Shown: piece by piece, positions 62,111 through 64,000 of the stretch
How the letters are laid out: each line of letters starts with the position of its first letter
Position numbering within the stretch: position 1 is the first letter of the stretch
Assembly (NCBI GenBank): GCA_963674865.2
Contig: CAXXYE010000009.1
Coordinates: 1,888,001-1,952,000, forward strand
Direction: 5' to 3'
DNA: 64,000 nt
Source: Candidatus Hydrogenedentota bacterium
GTDB taxonomy: Bacteria > Hydrogenedentota > Hydrogenedentia > Hydrogenedentales > SLHB01
Translations under genes and position numbers: made by a program
Notes under the pieces: model-generated
What the model was told of the DNA's origin: nothing
Databases searched by the model: none
What the model saw: the letters and a program-made list of their open reading frames with translations, nothing else

Positions 62111-62820
62111 ATTTAGGTGGCAGTAGTCACGAATCGCCAGGAAACGTAACTTGTTGCCAAATCAAAGACTTGCAGATTCCCTCAACTGTAAGAAAACGCC
62201 GCTAATTGCCGCGTTTTGCCAACACTTGTGACACCCTGTGTTACACCCATGACCGCATGCTTTCTCCGCAGGTGCGCACACACTCACTCGATATCTCGCC
62301 AAGACTGGCACGAGGGAGGGTGGCACGCAAAGTGGCGCATCTCGCAGATCCAGTTGCCCAACAAGGGCGGCAGGCGCAAAGCAGGGGGCGGGGACTATCA
62401 CCGTCGCACCACACCATGTGTTTTGGCGTCTTCGAGCTGATCCGACGCTGGAGAAAGACATGTTATGCAAGTGCTCCTCTTCCACTTATTGTTCTGGCCC
62501 TGCGACAGTTCCCTTTCGTCAATGGTACACCCAATGCCAATCAACCTGTGTCGCTATGATTGTGGTAATGCCAGTAGCAAACTCAAGAGTTCTTGTACGA
62601 ACACCGCATCCTGATGATACAGTACTCGCTTGCGAGGCTACCATGTTCAAGGAACTGGACTCGCCATACTCCGGCGGGCCGTAACTTCGAACCAGTACAG
62701 CGTGAACCAAGACTGGAGATAGCTATGAGGCCAACATGCGGAACAGCGCTGTCCTGCCTTTTAGGCAAGTGTACAATTTCCTGCACAGACTTTGCAGGGG
62801 CAACGCCAATCGAAATTGAG

Positions 62821-63681
62821 ATGGTAAAAGTCCGAGAAGGCTTCGCCGCCATACGCAATAGCGAGCATGCCGGAAACCACATCGGCTATCGGTTCTTTGA
62901 ACATACGCCCATGATCTACGGCGATGTGCCGCTCAGCGCGCAGGAGGCTGGATTCGATCCTGAACAGACCGCGAGTTTGGAGGAGGAATACGCCAGCGAT
63001 CCTGACACATTCATCTACGAGCAACTCATTGAGGAGGACGCGCACTGGAGAAAGCAGCGCTGGCGCTTCTACATGAAGCCCGTGGAAGATGGCGTCAAAA
63101 CATGCTTAGTTGTTGAGACTTTTGGCGAGGGGTTGCCGGCCTACTACGGCGTGCAGCAGTGTTTTCGCATGAGTGGAGAGGGCAACATCGGTTGGCGCAA
63201 GGAAGTAGCCTGCACGCCCGCGTTCAGCGAATATGACTTGTGGGAGAAGGAAGGGGTGCCACGGACCAGCCTCACGTATGTTCTTCGCGATGGCGTGTGG
63301 CAGAGCCTCCCTGCCGGCAGGGAAACGGTCGGAGCCAGAACACCCTCCGGTCTGGCCGTTGATCTCTTGCGCACAAATGGAACGCTGCAGGAACGGGTGG
63401 GGCCTTACGACGCGAAGATGCTGGAACCGATTGACTGCCCACTGATTGCCCGGACGGATGAAAAAAGCGAATGGGTGTGTGGAATCTACTGGGAACGCAC
63501 CTCGCACGTGACAAATCATCATCCGGCAGACTGTCTGCATGCCGTCGTCAATATCGGCAATATCCCGCCCTTGTCTAAGCGGGCTTTCCGCGGCAAGATC
63601 TACTGGTTTGAGGGGAGCAAGGAAACGCTCGCGGAGCATTACGCGTCTGATTTCCAATCCCGGGATTCTCTGCGCGGATAG
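62821..63681 (+). CDS. Hypothetical protein (start uncertain; frame open from 62593)
   Basis: Protein-like composition (QQCFRMSG, NHHPADCLH); no recognised family. Confidence 0.55.
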   Translation: MVKVREGFAAIRNSEHAGNHIGYRFFEHTPMIYGDVPLSAQEAGFDPEQTASLEEEYASDPDTFIYEQLIEEDAHWRKQRWRFYMKPVEDGVKTCLVVETFGEGLPAYYGVQQCFRMSGEGNIGWRKEVACTPAFSEYDLWEKEGVPRTSLTYVLRDGVWQSLPAGRETVGARTPSGLAVDLLRTNGTLQERVGPYDAKMLEPIDCPLIARTDEKSEWVCGIYWERTSHVTNHHPADCLHAVVNIGNIPPLSKRAFRGKIYWFEGSKETLAEHYASDFQSRDSLRG

Positions 63682-64000
63682 TGACATCAACAAGGACTCC
63701 TACGGCGCCAGCTCGCCGTCTCGAATGGACGCAATGAACGGGGAGCTGAAGAGCGGGGACATTCTGGCCAAAGAGAAGTCTGTAGAAAGGAAGTCGTTCT
63801 AAGACAGCGAGAACGAGTGTGCCCCCAGAAAGCTGGTCCCTCTTTACTTTCGGCCCGGGTCTCGCCGCCTTCGTTCAGTGCTCGCGAGGACTATTTGCCA
63901 TTCGGCGGCACTGTCCCTACCCAAACGCATTGATTGGAGCATCAACGGAAGTACCAACTCCCCATGCTCAGGGGTTCTTCAAACCCATCCAGGACCGAGC

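Overview
GC-rich bacterial chromosomal segment; the taxon cannot be fixed from sequence, though the style (sulfatases, beta-helix proteins, CFI-box surface protein) suggests Hydrogenedentota or a PVC-like lineage. It holds housekeeping genes (queC, rsgA, ligA, an Mla/MCE ABC operon), many sulfatase and carbohydrate-active genes, three tandem 1494-bp copies of a beta-helix surface protein gene, a 2.7k-aa adhesin, several MITE/REP-like repeats, and two tandem tRNA-Val 3' att fragments bracketing a 1.8-kb islet. The main candidate for an undescribed system is a minus-strand RiPP-like operon (21147-27474). It has two Cys-free precursor peptides starting MKHIK/MKHVR (like SCIFF leaders), two RimJ/RimL GNATs, a CPBP (CAAX) protease and an ABC exporter. 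It ends in a SCIFF-maturase-like protein that has lost its radical-SAM and AuxI cysteines but keeps the RRE and AuxII and is fused to a third GNAT. A second notable element is a uORF/terminator/antiterminator attenuator upstream of rsgA. All family assignments come from motifs recognised by eye; no searches were run.
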